A program made the translations under genes and the position numbers. Below are positions 8,129 to 17,115 of a DNA stretch of 55,714 bases, piece after piece. Location of the stretch: the IMG/VR virus record IMGVR_UViG_3300006169_000022, positions 1 to 55,714 of that record; one strand, 5' to 3'. Under the pieces are notes generated by a model. That model saw only the letters and a list, made by a program, of their open reading frames with translations, was not told where the DNA came from and did no database searches. Positions within the stretch are counted from its first letter, which is position 1; every line of letters starts with the position of its first letter. Source of the DNA: a virus.

Positions 8129-11100
8129 GCAGTGTTGACAGCAGAATCGTCACAATGAAGTTCGACAACGCGCAGTTCCAGCAAGGGGCGGCAACGACCC
8201 TTAGCACCTTGGACCGACTGAAGCAGAGCATGAACTTCGGCACTGCAAGCTCCGCGGCAACCAAGGGTCTGGGCGCAATCCAGACTGTCCTTGGCAAGTT
8301 CGGCATCAAGAACCCCTTCGCTTCGACAACCCAGGGTCTGTCCGAGGTTCAGAAGGGCGCACAGCAGCTCGCAGGCCCCGGCGGAGTTGGGGCCATTGAA
8401 GGTGGTATTACCCATATTTCTGGGAAGTTCGTGGCCATGTCCACGATCGCCATCACAGCACTCTCGAACATCACGACCAAGGCCATGCAGGCCGGAACTC
8501 AACTGGTCAAGTCCCTGACAACAGACCCCCTCACGGGCGGCCTGCAGGAGTACGAGACCAACCTCAACTCGATCCAGACGATTCTGGCGAACACCAAGGT
8601 GTCCGGAGCCGGACTGGATGACGTCAACAAGGCGTTGGACGAGCTGAACCATTACTCGGACAAGACGATCTACAACTTCTCCGAGATGGCCAGGAACATC
8701 GGTACCTTCACGGCCGCCGGTGTGGATCTGGACACGGCTACGTCCTCCATCAAGGGTATCGCCAACCTGGCGGCCCTGTCCGGCTCGAACTCTCAGCAGG
8801 CTTCGACCGCTATGTACCAGCTCTCTCAGGAGATCGCAGCCGGTCGCGTCAGCCTGATGGGATGGAACTCAGTGGTCAACGCTGGTATGGGTGGTTCCAC
8901 CTTCCAGCGAGCATTGGTCCAGACGGCCCAGAACATGGGTACCCTTGAGGGTCACACCGTCAAGTTCACGGGCAAGATGAAGAACGCCACCATCGATGGT
9001 CAGTCCTTCCGTGACTCGATCATGGCCAAGCCTGGCGAGGTTTCCTGGCTGTCCAAGGAGGTTCTGACCGGAACGCTGGAGCAGTTCACCGGCGACATGT
9101 CAGACGCCGAGCTGGCGGCTCAGGGCTTCAGCAAGGCCCAGATCAAGGCCATTCAGGATCAGGCCAAGACGGCTGTTGACGCAGCCACCAAGGTCAAGAC
9201 CTTGAGCGGTGTGCTTGACACGGCCAAGGAGGTCGCGGGATCGGGCTGGGCCAAGACCTGGCAGATCATTTTCGGTGACTTCAAGGAGGCTCGCACCCTC
9301 TTCACTGGCGTCAGCAACAGCGTGAACGACTTCATTGGCGGGATCGCCGACGCTCGCAACGAGCTGCTTGGCGGGTGGAAGGATGCCGGCGGCCGAACCA
9401 TGCTCATCCGTAACTTGGGTGAGGTCTTCCAGAGTCTTGGAGAGATATTTGGAACGGTGGCTGACGCATGGCGGGATGTGTTCCCCGCCGCATCGGTCAA
9501 CACCCTGATGAACCTCACGGGCGCCGTCGGACGGTTCGCTGCTGCGATCCGTCCCAGTGCCGAAACGTCGGAAAACCTCCGGCGGACATTTGCTGGGCTC
9601 TTTGCGATTCTGCACATCGGCTGGACGATCATCAAGCAGGTCGTTGGCACCATATTTGAGCTGGTCGGGGTTCTCGGCGAAGGCTCAGGCGGACTCCTCG
9701 AGTTCACTGGCGGCATCGGCGACTTCCTAGTCGCCCTCGACAAGGCTATATCCTCGGGCGAAGGCTTGGGGCAGGTGTTCGACATGCTGAGCACCGTCCT
9801 TCAGATTCCGATTCGTCTGCTTCAGGCAATCGGCGGTCTGCTGGGCGGCATATTTGCCGGCTTCGACTCGTCTGCGGGCGAGGACGCTGCGGGGACGCTC
9901 ACAAAGGTCGGCGACGCCATGTCTCCCCTGGAGGCTCTGGCCGAGCGGCTCAATCAGGTGTTCGGCGGTCTTGGCGATATTCTCTCCAGTCTTGGTGAGA
10001 GGATCGGCGAGGCTCTTTCGGGCATCGGTGGCGCAGTCGCTGAGGCCATGAGTGGTCAGGGATTCGATCAAGCTCTGGATCTGGTCAACACGGGTTTGCT
10101 GGGCGGCATCGCCCTCCTTCTCCGCAACTTCATGAAGAACGGGCTCAGCCTGAATCTCGGAGTTGGCGGCAGCGAGGGCATGTTCAGCTCCATCACGGAG
10201 GGCTTCAAGAGCCTGACCGGGACGATGGAGGCCATGCAGACGCAGATCAAGGCGGACGCTCTGATGAAGATCGCGATCGCGATCGGAATCCTCACGGCCT
10301 CGGTCGTGGCGTTGTCGCTCATCGATTCAGGCGCGCTCACCAAGGCACTCACGGCTATGGCGGTCGGGTTCGGTCTTCTGATCGGCTCGATGACTGCCAT
10401 CGAGAAGCTCACTGGATTCTTCGGTGGAGCCAAGTTCGCCATCATCTCCGGGGGCTTCATCGCCCTCGCCACTTCCATCCTTATTCTGTCGGGTGCCGTC
10501 AAGGTTCTCTCGACGATGTCGTGGGAGGAGTTGGCCAAGGGTCTGGGTGGTGTCGCGGCTCTGCTTGTCATGATCTCGGCTGCTTCGGTTCCGCTGTCGG
10601 CGAATGCTGGAGGCATGATCCGTGCTGGTGTGGGTATCACTGCTCTGTCTGTGGGTATCGCAATCCTGGCTGGTGCGGTGAAGATCTTCGCCACCATGTC
10701 TTGGGAGGAGCTGCTCAAGGGTCTCGCTGGTTTGGCGGGCGTTCTGGTCGCAATCGCGGCCGGCGTCAACCTGATTCCGGCTAGCATATTCATCATCGGT
10801 CCTGGTCTGATCGCCTTTGCGGCGGGTGTAGCCATCCTCGCAGGGGCCATGAAGATCATGGGCTCAATGTCATGGGAAGAGATCGCCAAGGGCCTAGTCG
10901 CAATGGCCGGCGGGCTCGTCATCATCGCTGCAGCGGTTGCTCTTATTCCGGCCTCGATCGTTCTGATCGGTCCGGGGTTGCTTGTTGTAGCCGCCGCAAT
11001 CACTGTGATGGCTGGTGCGCTGCTCGTCATGGGCGGCATGTCGTGGGAAGAGATCGGGAAGAGCATGGTCGTTCTGGCAGGCTCACTCCTTATTCTCGCG

Positions 11101-12510
11101 GGCGGTCTGACACTGATGGTCGCAGCGCTTCCCGGCGCGGCGGCTCTGGTCGTAGCAGCGGCAGCACTTGCTGTCCTGACCCCCGTTCTCGCGGCTCTGG
11201 GCGCTATGTCTTGGGGAGCAATCCTCACAGGTCTCGGCGCCCTCGCAGGGATATTTGCCGTGCTGGGTGTGGCGTCGCTTCTGTTGGCGCCCGTCATCCC
11301 GGCCATGCTTGGTCTGAGTGCCGCGGTTCTCCTTGTGGGAGCCGGTCTTGCACTCGCAGGTGCCGGCATATTCTTGTTCGCATCGGCAATCGCGGTTCTG
11401 GCTGCGGCATGGACGGCCGGTAGTGTCGTCATCCTTGGCGCTATATCTGCCCTTCTGGGCAAGCTTCCCGAGGTTGGTCGTGCTCTTGCACGAATGATGA
11501 TCTCGTTCGCCAACGCAATCGCCAAGAACGCACCCAAGTTCGCCAACGCAATGGTCAGGGTTCTCGAGACTCTCATCGACGCGGTTATTCGGATAACACC
11601 GAAGATCGCCAAGATGCTCGAGGTTCTGATCGACACCGGGATTCGAGTTCTGACGCACGCAGTTCCGCAGTTCGCCACAGCCGGTATGAGGATTCTGATC
11701 GGGATCCTAGACGGTATTGCCAAGAACATGGCGAAGGTTGTCCAAAAGGCGACCGATATTGTGGTGAACTTCCTCCGAGCAATCGGTAGGCAGTCGGGAC
11801 GCGTCGCTGATGCCGGATTCCGGATGATCATCGATTTCCTCAATGGTTTGACTCGTGCCATTAACAACAACTCTGGCGACCTTCGGGAAGCTGGCGGGGA
11901 TTTGGCGATGGCTATTGTCAACGGCATGACGGGTGGTCTTCTGAACGAGGGCCTGGCCGCGGTTCGCAGCGCAGTCAACGCACTGTCTGGCGCAATCCCC
12001 GGATGGGTGAAGGACAAGCTGGGAATCAACTCCCCGGCTAAGGTCATGATCCCGTTGGGTGAAGGTGTCGGAGAGGGTATGGCTGTGGGTGTGGACAACA
12101 GCGCGCACCTTGTCGAGAGGTCGACCGATCAGATGGGACGGCGAGCAGTCATCACAATGGGTAAGGCGATGCGCGGCATATCTGACGCCCTGGCACTGGA
12201 CCCGAACATGAATCCGACGGTAACGCCGGTTCTGGATCTGTCCGAGCTCACCCGCGAAGCAAACAAGATGAGCGGGATCCTGGAGACAGCACCCATCAAT
12301 GCGGGTGCGACTTACGCTCTTGCCTCCGATATTTCAGCTGAAACCCAGGCCTCGCAAGAGGCTGCTTGGGAGCTGGCGATGTTGGCACGAGAGCCCAAGG
12401 AGATCAAGTTCGAGCAGAACAACCATTCACCCAAGGCGATTGACTCTGTCACGCAGTATCGGCAGACGAAGTCGCTTCTCTCACTTGCGAAGGAGGCGCT
12501 GGACGCATGA
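8125..12510 (+). CDS. Tape measure protein, 1461 aa
   Basis: ATGA overlap with the upstream gene. Largest ORF of the tail module. N-terminal VTMKFDNAQFQQG motif, long Ala/Gly/Leu-rich helical body, followed by a Dit-like gene. Confidence 0.85.
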   Translation: MSSVDSRIVTMKFDNAQFQQGAATTLSTLDRLKQSMNFGTASSAATKGLGAIQTVLGKFGIKNPFASTTQGLSEVQKGAQQLAGPGGVGAIEGGITHISGKFVAMSTIAITALSNITTKAMQAGTQLVKSLTTDPLTGGLQEYETNLNSIQTILANTKVSGAGLDDVNKALDELNHYSDKTIYNFSEMARNIGTFTAAGVDLDTATSSIKGIANLAALSGSNSQQASTAMYQLSQEIAAGRVSLMGWNSVVNAGMGGSTFQRALVQTAQNMGTLEGHTVKFTGKMKNATIDGQSFRDSIMAKPGEVSWLSKEVLTGTLEQFTGDMSDAELAAQGFSKAQIKAIQDQAKTAVDAATKVKTLSGVLDTAKEVAGSGWAKTWQIIFGDFKEARTLFTGVSNSVNDFIGGIADARNELLGGWKDAGGRTMLIRNLGEVFQSLGEIFGTVADAWRDVFPAASVNTLMNLTGAVGRFAAAIRPSAETSENLRRTFAGLFAILHIGWTIIKQVVGTIFELVGVLGEGSGGLLEFTGGIGDFLVALDKAISSGEGLGQVFDMLSTVLQIPIRLLQAIGGLLGGIFAGFDSSAGEDAAGTLTKVGDAMSPLEALAERLNQVFGGLGDILSSLGERIGEALSGIGGAVAEAMSGQGFDQALDLVNTGLLGGIALLLRNFMKNGLSLNLGVGGSEGMFSSITEGFKSLTGTMEAMQTQIKADALMKIAIAIGILTASVVALSLIDSGALTKALTAMAVGFGLLIGSMTAIEKLTGFFGGAKFAIISGGFIALATSILILSGAVKVLSTMSWEELAKGLGGVAALLVMISAASVPLSANAGGMIRAGVGITALSVGIAILAGAVKIFATMSWEELLKGLAGLAGVLVAIAAGVNLIPASIFIIGPGLIAFAAGVAILAGAMKIMGSMSWEEIAKGLVAMAGGLVIIAAAVALIPASIVLIGPGLLVVAAAITVMAGALLVMGGMSWEEIGKSMVVLAGSLLILAGGLTLMVAALPGAAALVVAAAALAVLTPVLAALGAMSWGAILTGLGALAGIFAVLGVASLLLAPVIPAMLGLSAAVLLVGAGLALAGAGIFLFASAIAVLAAAWTAGSVVILGAISALLGKLPEVGRALARMMISFANAIAKNAPKFANAMVRVLETLIDAVIRITPKIAKMLEVLIDTGIRVLTHAVPQFATAGMRILIGILDGIAKNMAKVVQKATDIVVNFLRAIGRQSGRVADAGFRMIIDFLNGLTRAINNNSGDLREAGGDLAMAIVNGMTGGLLNEGLAAVRSAVNALSGAIPGWVKDKLGINSPAKVMIPLGEGVGEGMAVGVDNSAHLVERSTDQMGRRAVITMGKAMRGISDALALDPNMNPTVTPVLDLSELTREANKMSGILETAPINAGATYALASDISAETQASQEAAWELAMLAREPKEIKFEQNNHSPKAIDSVTQYRQTKSLLSLAKEALDA
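10450..11410 (+). repeat. Five tandem ~57-60-aa hydrophobic repeats inside the tape measure gene
   Basis: The MSWEE(L/I) (last copy MSWGA) codons recur at 10516, 10696, 10867, 11038 and 11206, each flanked by (I/V)LAGA(V/M)K... and Ala/Gly/Leu/Val-rich TM-like stretches. Confidence 0.8.
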
Positions 12511-13349
12511 AATTCAACAAGATCAGGCTCCTCGGAGTCACCAACGTCGACCTTCCGATCGTGGGAGCCGATCCGTCGGGACCATATGTGCTGAAGAGCG
12601 CAGACGGTCTCGGCCCAACCGAACGCGACGTCTTCCGGGCGCGCACTACTCAAGAGGGTGGTGTGCGCCAGGGGACGCGTGCTCACGACCGTTCTGCGGT
12701 CATGCTCGTCGGGCTGCAGCCCGACTGGGACACTGGTCAGACGGCGGACGAGTTGAGGGATGAGCTTTACGGCCTCCTCACCCCGCCCTACGGCCTCCCG
12801 GTCGGGCTGCAGCTCATGTTGGGGACCACAGTTCAGGCTGTCGCGCAGGGCGATATTTCCCGGATGGAGACTGCGATCTTCACCGCGGACCCTGCTGTTC
12901 AGATCACACTGGACTGTGATTACCCATATTTCCTCGCGCCGGCAATCCACTACCAGTTCCCCACCAAGACCCTGGTGAGTGGTAAGACGGCCATCGATGT
13001 CGAGAATGATGGCTCGGCTCCGGCGGGCTTCTGGATGAAGCTCGTCCTTCAGGCCACAGTCGCCGGCTCTCTCAAGCTCTCGGACAACTCCCCGGTCGGT
13101 CAGACCATGGAGATCGGAGGTCCATGGGAGGCTGGCGATATTTTCGAGATCGACACACGTGCCGGGCAGAGGGGTATCTGGCGGATCGCATCCGGTCAGA
13201 CTGCTCGAGTTAGCAAGTTGAATGACTTGACGCCGAACTCGCCCTGGCTCCAACTTCACAAGGGTCCCAACCGGCTCTTGCTCAACCGTACGGCATTCGA
13301 CTGGGAGGATGAGGGCTTCGGCCACACTCCCGCATATTCGGGGGTGTGA
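12507..13349 (+). CDS. Distal tail protein (Dit-like minor tail protein), 280 aa
   Basis: ATGA overlap with the tape measure stop; canonical position and size. Confidence 0.6.
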   Translation: MKFNKIRLLGVTNVDLPIVGADPSGPYVLKSADGLGPTERDVFRARTTQEGGVRQGTRAHDRSAVMLVGLQPDWDTGQTADELRDELYGLLTPPYGLPVGLQLMLGTTVQAVAQGDISRMETAIFTADPAVQITLDCDYPYFLAPAIHYQFPTKTLVSGKTAIDVENDGSAPAGFWMKLVLQATVAGSLKLSDNSPVGQTMEIGGPWEAGDIFEIDTRAGQRGIWRIASGQTARVSKLNDLTPNSPWLQLHKGPNRLLLNRTAFDWEDEGFGHTPAYSGV

Positions 13350-13350
13350 C

Positions 13351-14700
13351 ATGGCCGTTGTTCGTTTGGGGGAGCGCTACACCACGCAGTACGTCCCCGA
13401 CGAGCTCATCGAGGGATATTCATCCTGCATCTGGACGGAGCGCTGCCGCACCCCCGGTCAGTTCGAGATCAAGACGCCTCACATCGACAAGATGAAGGCG
13501 CTGCTGCCTGAGGACACGCTTATTTCTCACCTCGATACCGAGGAAGTGATGATGGTGGAGAATCATGCCATCGCTGTCAACGAGGAAGGTGTTCCGGAGC
13601 TGGTCATCACTGGCCAGGACCTCAAGACCATGCTGGACCATCGCTACGTCGAGTCCCGGTACCAGAAGAAACGGAAGATGCGACGCAACTACACCGCTTC
13701 AGCGGGCCTTGGCGTGCTGCTCTACCAAGCCTTCGACAACGGATCGGGCAAGGACGTCACTCGAGGAGACCCAAATCCTTGGGATGAGAATGACACCTCG
13801 GACACGGACTACAGCTGGAACACTCTGGACAAGATCCCGAACATCTCGATCACCGACAGCGTGACCGACGATGGTTCTGCTGTGGCCAAGCGCTGGTGGC
13901 TGGAGGAAGGGCTTCTAGGCCCGCAGTTCCTTATTCTCATGAACAAGCACAAGGTCTGGCTTCGGACGATTCGTCCGTCTTCGGGATCGAGCGCGAAGGT
14001 CATGACGGTCAAGGCCACACCGCTTGCTGATCGTGGCGAGGTCGTGCGGACGCAGACCAGTGGGATCACCTCCCTTCGGTTCGACCTCTACAAGGGAATG
14101 AACCGCAGCCACAGTCAGAGCACGAATCCGAAGGTGGCATTCAGCGTCCTTCAGGGAGACCTGGGGCAGCCGCAGTACCTGTGGTCCCGCAAGGACTACA
14201 AGACCATTGTCGAGATCATATCCTCAATCGGGATCAATGATCAGGCTCGAGCCGGGGAGGCAGACTTCTCGGGTTGGAAGAGGCGGGTGGATCAGCTCGA
14301 TGCTGGAGCTCCCGATATTCCGGATGAGCCGCAGCGTCCCAAGGACCCGCGAAAGAACGCCACCCAGGCTGAGCGTCAGGCGTTCCAGGATGACCTGGAC
14401 AAGTGGCGCGACAGGCACGACAAGTGGGTGAACCGGAAGAACAGCATCATCGCGGAGTTCAAAGAGGACACTAGGGACGATGCCGACAACCTTCTGGACA
14501 TGAAGCGACGCGTAGTCATGCTCTCGGGCGACGTTTCTACCCACACACCATTCCAATTCAAGACCCACTACGACCTCGGTGACCGAGTTTCTATCCACGG
14601 AGACTACGGCATGGAGGAAGAGATGATCGTCGAAGAGTACGTCCGAACGGAGGACTCTGAGAATGGTGATCGTGGGTACCCCGGGCTGGTTGCGCCCTAG
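13351..14700 (+). CDS. Minor tail protein, siphovirus Gp37-like (tail tip/Tal position), 449 aa
   Basis: ATG 13351 lies 1 nt after the upstream stop. The N-terminal IWTER...GQFEIKTP and C-terminal GDRVSIHGDYG...IVEEY blocks resemble ReqiPepy6 Gp37-type proteins (from memory). Confidence 0.55.
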   Translation: MAVVRLGERYTTQYVPDELIEGYSSCIWTERCRTPGQFEIKTPHIDKMKALLPEDTLISHLDTEEVMMVENHAIAVNEEGVPELVITGQDLKTMLDHRYVESRYQKKRKMRRNYTASAGLGVLLYQAFDNGSGKDVTRGDPNPWDENDTSDTDYSWNTLDKIPNISITDSVTDDGSAVAKRWWLEEGLLGPQFLILMNKHKVWLRTIRPSSGSSAKVMTVKATPLADRGEVVRTQTSGITSLRFDLYKGMNRSHSQSTNPKVAFSVLQGDLGQPQYLWSRKDYKTIVEIISSIGINDQARAGEADFSGWKRRVDQLDAGAPDIPDEPQRPKDPRKNATQAERQAFQDDLDKWRDRHDKWVNRKNSIIAEFKEDTRDDADNLLDMKRRVVMLSGDVSTHTPFQFKTHYDLGDRVSIHGDYGMEEEMIVEEYVRTEDSENGDRGYPGLVAP

Positions 14701-14715
14701 AAAGGAGGCCTAAAC

Positions 14716-15012
14716 ATGATTGAAGGAATCCCCATCGTTGGCCTCACCGCACCTACGCTTCTCGGGATTGCCATTCTCATGATCTTGCTGGGTAAGTTGC
14801 ACACGAACCCGGCATATATGGAGAAGGCCCAGGAGGCCAAAGACTGGAAGGCCGCCTACGAGAAAGAAAGAGACGCTCGTGAGCTATCTGACCAACAGAC
14901 AGTCGAGCTTCTCGAAGTGTCAAAGACCAACCATTCCGTCACGGTTGCGATGTTTGAACTCATCCGCCGTGGACGGGAGCCGGGAGGCCCCGATGATCTT
15001 CCACCGGAGTAA
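14716..15012 (+). CDS. Membrane protein (one N-terminal TM), holin-region, 98 aa
   Basis: AAAGGAGG RBS. Hydrophobic IPIVGLTAPTLLGIAILMILLG segment, then a charged tail. Confidence 0.55.
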   Translation: MIEGIPIVGLTAPTLLGIAILMILLGKLHTNPAYMEKAQEAKDWKAAYEKERDARELSDQQTVELLEVSKTNHSVTVAMFELIRRGREPGGPDDLPPE

Positions 15013-15199
15013 GAAAGCTGACCCCGCAGCGAAGAGAGCGTTGGAGCAAGCGGACGAACATTTGAAGCAAGTACAGAGTAGGAGCGAGGAGGTACACCAC
15101 ATCGCTGAGGCTTCCAGGGAGTTTCGGCGTCGGAATCACTTCGCTGAGGATCTATATCCGATTCTGTACGGGCGCAAGCTACGAAAGGACACAAAGTGA
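14993..15199 (+). CDS. Small basic protein, 68 aa
   Basis: ATG 14993 lies 5 nt after GGGAGG. It fills the otherwise empty 184-nt gap, and its stop overlaps the next start (GTGATG). Confidence 0.45.
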   Translation: MIFHRSKKADPAAKRALEQADEHLKQVQSRSEEVHHIAEASREFRRRNHFAEDLYPILYGRKLRKDTK

Positions 15200-15561
15200 T
15201 GTCACTCGACGTCGAAGTTCTGGAGTTGTGGGTTCTCGGGTGCGTTGTTCTCGCATCGTTCTTCACAACGCTCTTCCCTGCTATGTACCTATTTTCTGCC
15301 TGGACCTCGACCCCTCTGGGTCGGATCCTCATGCTTCAGGGCATTGCCTTTGCTCTGGCAATCGACCTGACTCTGACGTTTGCGTTCTGGCGACCGGACA
15401 ACATCCACGTTGTTCTGTTCGTGAATGCATTCGTATTCACATTCATCGCCGCATCTACAGGCGCCCTGTGCGTCATGCTCTGGCGGGCTAACTATTCCAA
15501 GAAGGCCCGCCGAAAGTACAAGAACGGCGAGACCAACCAAGATGAGAAGGAGAAAGTGTGA
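15199..15561 (+). CDS. Four-TM membrane protein (holin-like), 120 aa
   Basis: ATG 15199 (or GTG 15196). Four hydrophobic segments and a Lys/Arg-rich C-terminus. Confidence 0.55.
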   Translation: MSLDVEVLELWVLGCVVLASFFTTLFPAMYLFSAWTSTPLGRILMLQGIAFALAIDLTLTFAFWRPDNIHVVLFVNAFVFTFIAASTGALCVMLWRANYSKKARRKYKNGETNQDEKEKV

Positions 15562-15980
15562 ACGACCAGGATTACACCCCCGAGAACCCGGGGGAACCCG
15601 AAGAGGGTAACGAGCCCGTCGTGGGTGACGCGCCTCCGAAGGCGCCGACTCTCTTCAGCAACCGGGCCTACGATCTGCTCAAGCAGCTCGTTCAGGTCGT
15701 GCTTCCGGGCGTGGGAGCTCTATATTTCACGCTCGCCAGCATCTGGGGTTTCCCCGCAGCCGAGCAGGTGGTCGGAACCATCGCGGCTGTCACGGTGTTC
15801 TTGGGTCTCCTGCTGGGACTCAGCACCAAGCAGTACAACAACAGCGACGCAGCGTTCGACGGTTCGGTCAACCTGGCACCGGACTACGAGAACGAAGTCA
15901 CCAACGTGGGCGTGTCCATCGCGCCGGCCGCGTTGGAGTCTGGTCAGAAGACGGTTCGGCTCCGCGTGCGTCATCAGTGA
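15558..15980 (+). CDS. Holin-like protein, Dp-1-family type, 140 aa, GTG start
   Basis: GTGA overlap. YDLLKQLVQVVLPGVGALYFTLASIWGFPAAEQVVGTIAAVTVFLGLLLGLS matches the Dp-1 holin signature as I remember it. Confidence 0.55.
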   Translation: MNDQDYTPENPGEPEEGNEPVVGDAPPKAPTLFSNRAYDLLKQLVQVVLPGVGALYFTLASIWGFPAAEQVVGTIAAVTVFLGLLLGLSTKQYNNSDAAFDGSVNLAPDYENEVTNVGVSIAPAALESGQKTVRLRVRHQ

Positions 15981-15995
15981 CGCATATTCGTAGAC

Positions 15996-16044
15996 TCGCG
16001 AGGCAAACACGCCTCATAGTGAGACCACTACGAAAGGAACCAGC
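15996..16044 (+). promoter_or_regulatory. Promoter/leader module, copy 0
   Basis: tcgcga-ggcaaacacgcctca-tagtgagaccactacgaaaggaaccagc-ATG; fixed 15-nt spacing between TCGCGA and TAGTGA. Confidence 0.6.
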
Positions 16045-16311
16045 ATGAAGAACTTCAACCAGGACGACCCAGACCTGACTGAGGCGATTGCCGATGCCTT
16101 TCGGAACTTGAAAGGCTTCGATGCTCATGACGAGGAGTACCAGAAGACGATCGAGCAGTTGACGGCTCTGCACGCAATGAAGAAGAAGCGTGTGGATCCG
16201 AATACTGCCCTGACCGTCGCTGGCAACCTCGCCATCGGCCTCGCTGTCGTCAAGTACGAAAGGACGGCAGTCGTCACATCAAAGGTTTGGTCCTTCCTCA
16301 CGAAGAAGTGA
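16045..16311 (+). CDS. Hypothetical protein with C-terminal TM-like segment, 88 aa
   Basis: Start follows module copy 0; followed by a strong terminator. Confidence 0.6.
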   Translation: MKNFNQDDPDLTEAIADAFRNLKGFDAHDEEYQKTIEQLTALHAMKKKRVDPNTALTVAGNLAIGLAVVKYERTAVVTSKVWSFLTKK

Positions 16312-16339
16312 ACCACCTGACCTGACACAGAACCTCGAG

Positions 16340-16381
16340 ATGAGAGGGCTTGTAGCTAACACCTACAGGCCCTCTCATTTT
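16340..16381 (+). terminator. Intrinsic terminator (GAGAGGGC-type)
   Basis: 16-bp stem atgagagggcttgtag / ctacaggccctctcat with a 7-nt loop, followed by TTT; near-duplicate at 19634. Confidence 0.75.
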
Positions 16382-16424
16382 CACTGCCCCCTCTAAATTT
16401 TCCAAAGTTAATACCATAAGTATG

Positions 16425-16476
16425 TCGCGAGGAATACATGGCCTTTAATGAGACCCCGACTATCAAGGAGAAACCC
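16425..16476 (+). promoter_or_regulatory. Promoter/leader module, copy 1
   Basis: tcgcga-ggaatacatggcctt-taatgagaccccgactatcaaggagaaaccc-ATG. Confidence 0.6.
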
Positions 16477-16707
16477 ATGAACATCAAGCGCGAGCTGATT
16501 GCCCTTGCCGTCCGAGTCCTCGCAGACAACACGAACCTTGTTCGCAAGCCCGAGCCCTTCGAAGAGCTTATCACCAACCTGTTTGGTGGAGAGACCTACG
16601 ACCAGCGCACGGCTCGCGTCATTGACGAAGAGTCCGCGAAGGCACTCGAGGCTGCCAAGCGCTTCAACACGAACCGGAAGTTCAAGAAGATCACCAAGAA
16701 CGTCTGA
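16477..16707 (+). CDS. Hypothetical protein, 76 aa
   Basis: ATG lies 6 nt after AAGGAG. The in-frame ATG 16438 used by the track lies inside the module and is not conserved among copies. Confidence 0.6.
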   Translation: MNIKRELIALAVRVLADNTNLVRKPEPFEELITNLFGGETYDQRTARVIDEESAKALEAAKRFNTNRKFKKITKNV

Positions 16708-16711
16708 TCCG

Positions 16712-16746
16712 AACCAAGAGCCCCTAACACGGGCTCACGGTTTTCG
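16712..16746 (+). terminator. Terminator hairpin (AACC..GAGCCC-loop-GGGCTC..GGTTTTCGCG family)
   Basis: gagccc/gggctc stem plus an outer aacc/ggtt pairing, then TTTT. Confidence 0.6.
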
Positions 16747-16792
16747 CGGGTGATACATGCCCCATAATGAGACCCCTACAAAAGGAGACATC
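16744..16792 (+). promoter_or_regulatory. Promoter/leader module, copy 2
   Basis: tcgcgg-gtgatacatgcccca-taatgagacccctacaaaaggagacatc-ATG. Confidence 0.6.
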
Positions 16793-17023
16793 ATGTTGAG
16801 AACTTCTACCTGGACCCGTTCAATCGGACGAGGAGACGTGCTTCACGCCGAAACCCTGATGCAGGACTTCGAAAAGGAAGAGACCCTGGCTCCCATCCCC
16901 GCAAGGGGACTGCAGCCGCCGTCGCTTCCCGAGAGGCCCTATATTCACGGAGCAAGCAAGAAGGCCGCCGACCTCCTCCGAGAGACCTGGAACCGGCAGA
17001 ACCCGCACAACCCGATGCCCTGA
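16793..17023 (+). CDS. Hypothetical protein, 76 aa
   Basis: ATG after AAAGGAG in module copy 2; terminator downstream. Confidence 0.6.
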   Translation: MLRTSTWTRSIGRGDVLHAETLMQDFEKEETLAPIPARGLQPPSLPERPYIHGASKKAADLLRETWNRQNPHNPMP

Positions 17024-17037
17024 GCACCAGTTTCAAG

Positions 17038-17067
17038 ACCAAGAGTCCTACACGGACTTTTGGTTTT
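17038..17067 (+). terminator. Terminator hairpin (same family)
   Basis: accaagagtcc-tacac-ggacttttggt (11-bp stem including one G-U pair), then TTT. Confidence 0.65.
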
Positions 17068-17115
17068 CGCGAAGAATACACGGCCTTTAATGAGACCCTA
17101 CGAAAGGAAACGCCC
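17067..17115 (+). promoter_or_regulatory. Promoter/leader module, copy 3
   Basis: tcgcga-agaatacacggcctt-taatgagaccctacgaaaggaaacgccc-ATG. Confidence 0.6.

Noticed and set aside
10068-12098. Long minus-strand ORFs in the track: 10068..12098 (676 aa), 27056..29095 (679 aa), 49474..51768 (764 aa), 54324..55703 (459 aa), 44320..45633 (437 aa), 4638..5729, 12312..13352, 22959..23915 and others.
   Set aside because: Each lies antisense to a + strand ORF with recognisable motifs (tape measure, PolB, terminase, capsid, EEP-like). Their translations are Arg/Pro/Gly/Ala/Val-rich low-complexity strings typical of antisense frames in GC-rich DNA. None has an RBS or fits the one-strand, overlap-coupled gene organisation.
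15996-16044. Reading the module as an ordinary sigma-A/sigma70 promoter (-35 TCGCRA or CTCGCA, -10 TAATGA or YYTAAT).
   Set aside because: The spacing is 15-16 nt. TAATGA lacks the invariant final T, and the YYTAAT alternative lacks the invariant A at position 2. The conserved block extends about 25 nt beyond any -10. I kept it as a non-canonical promoter/leader, and host-RNAP use is not excluded.
16438-16707. Longer versions of the cassette ORFs starting at an ATG inside the promoter module (16438, 16757, 18254, 33938; also 17370, 21223, 33411).
   Set aside because: The ACATGNCC box contains ATG in only some copies (ACACGG, ACATTC and ACACGC in others). It is therefore a DNA motif, not a conserved start. 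In every copy a GAAAGGA/AAGGAG RBS and an ATG follow at proper spacing further downstream.
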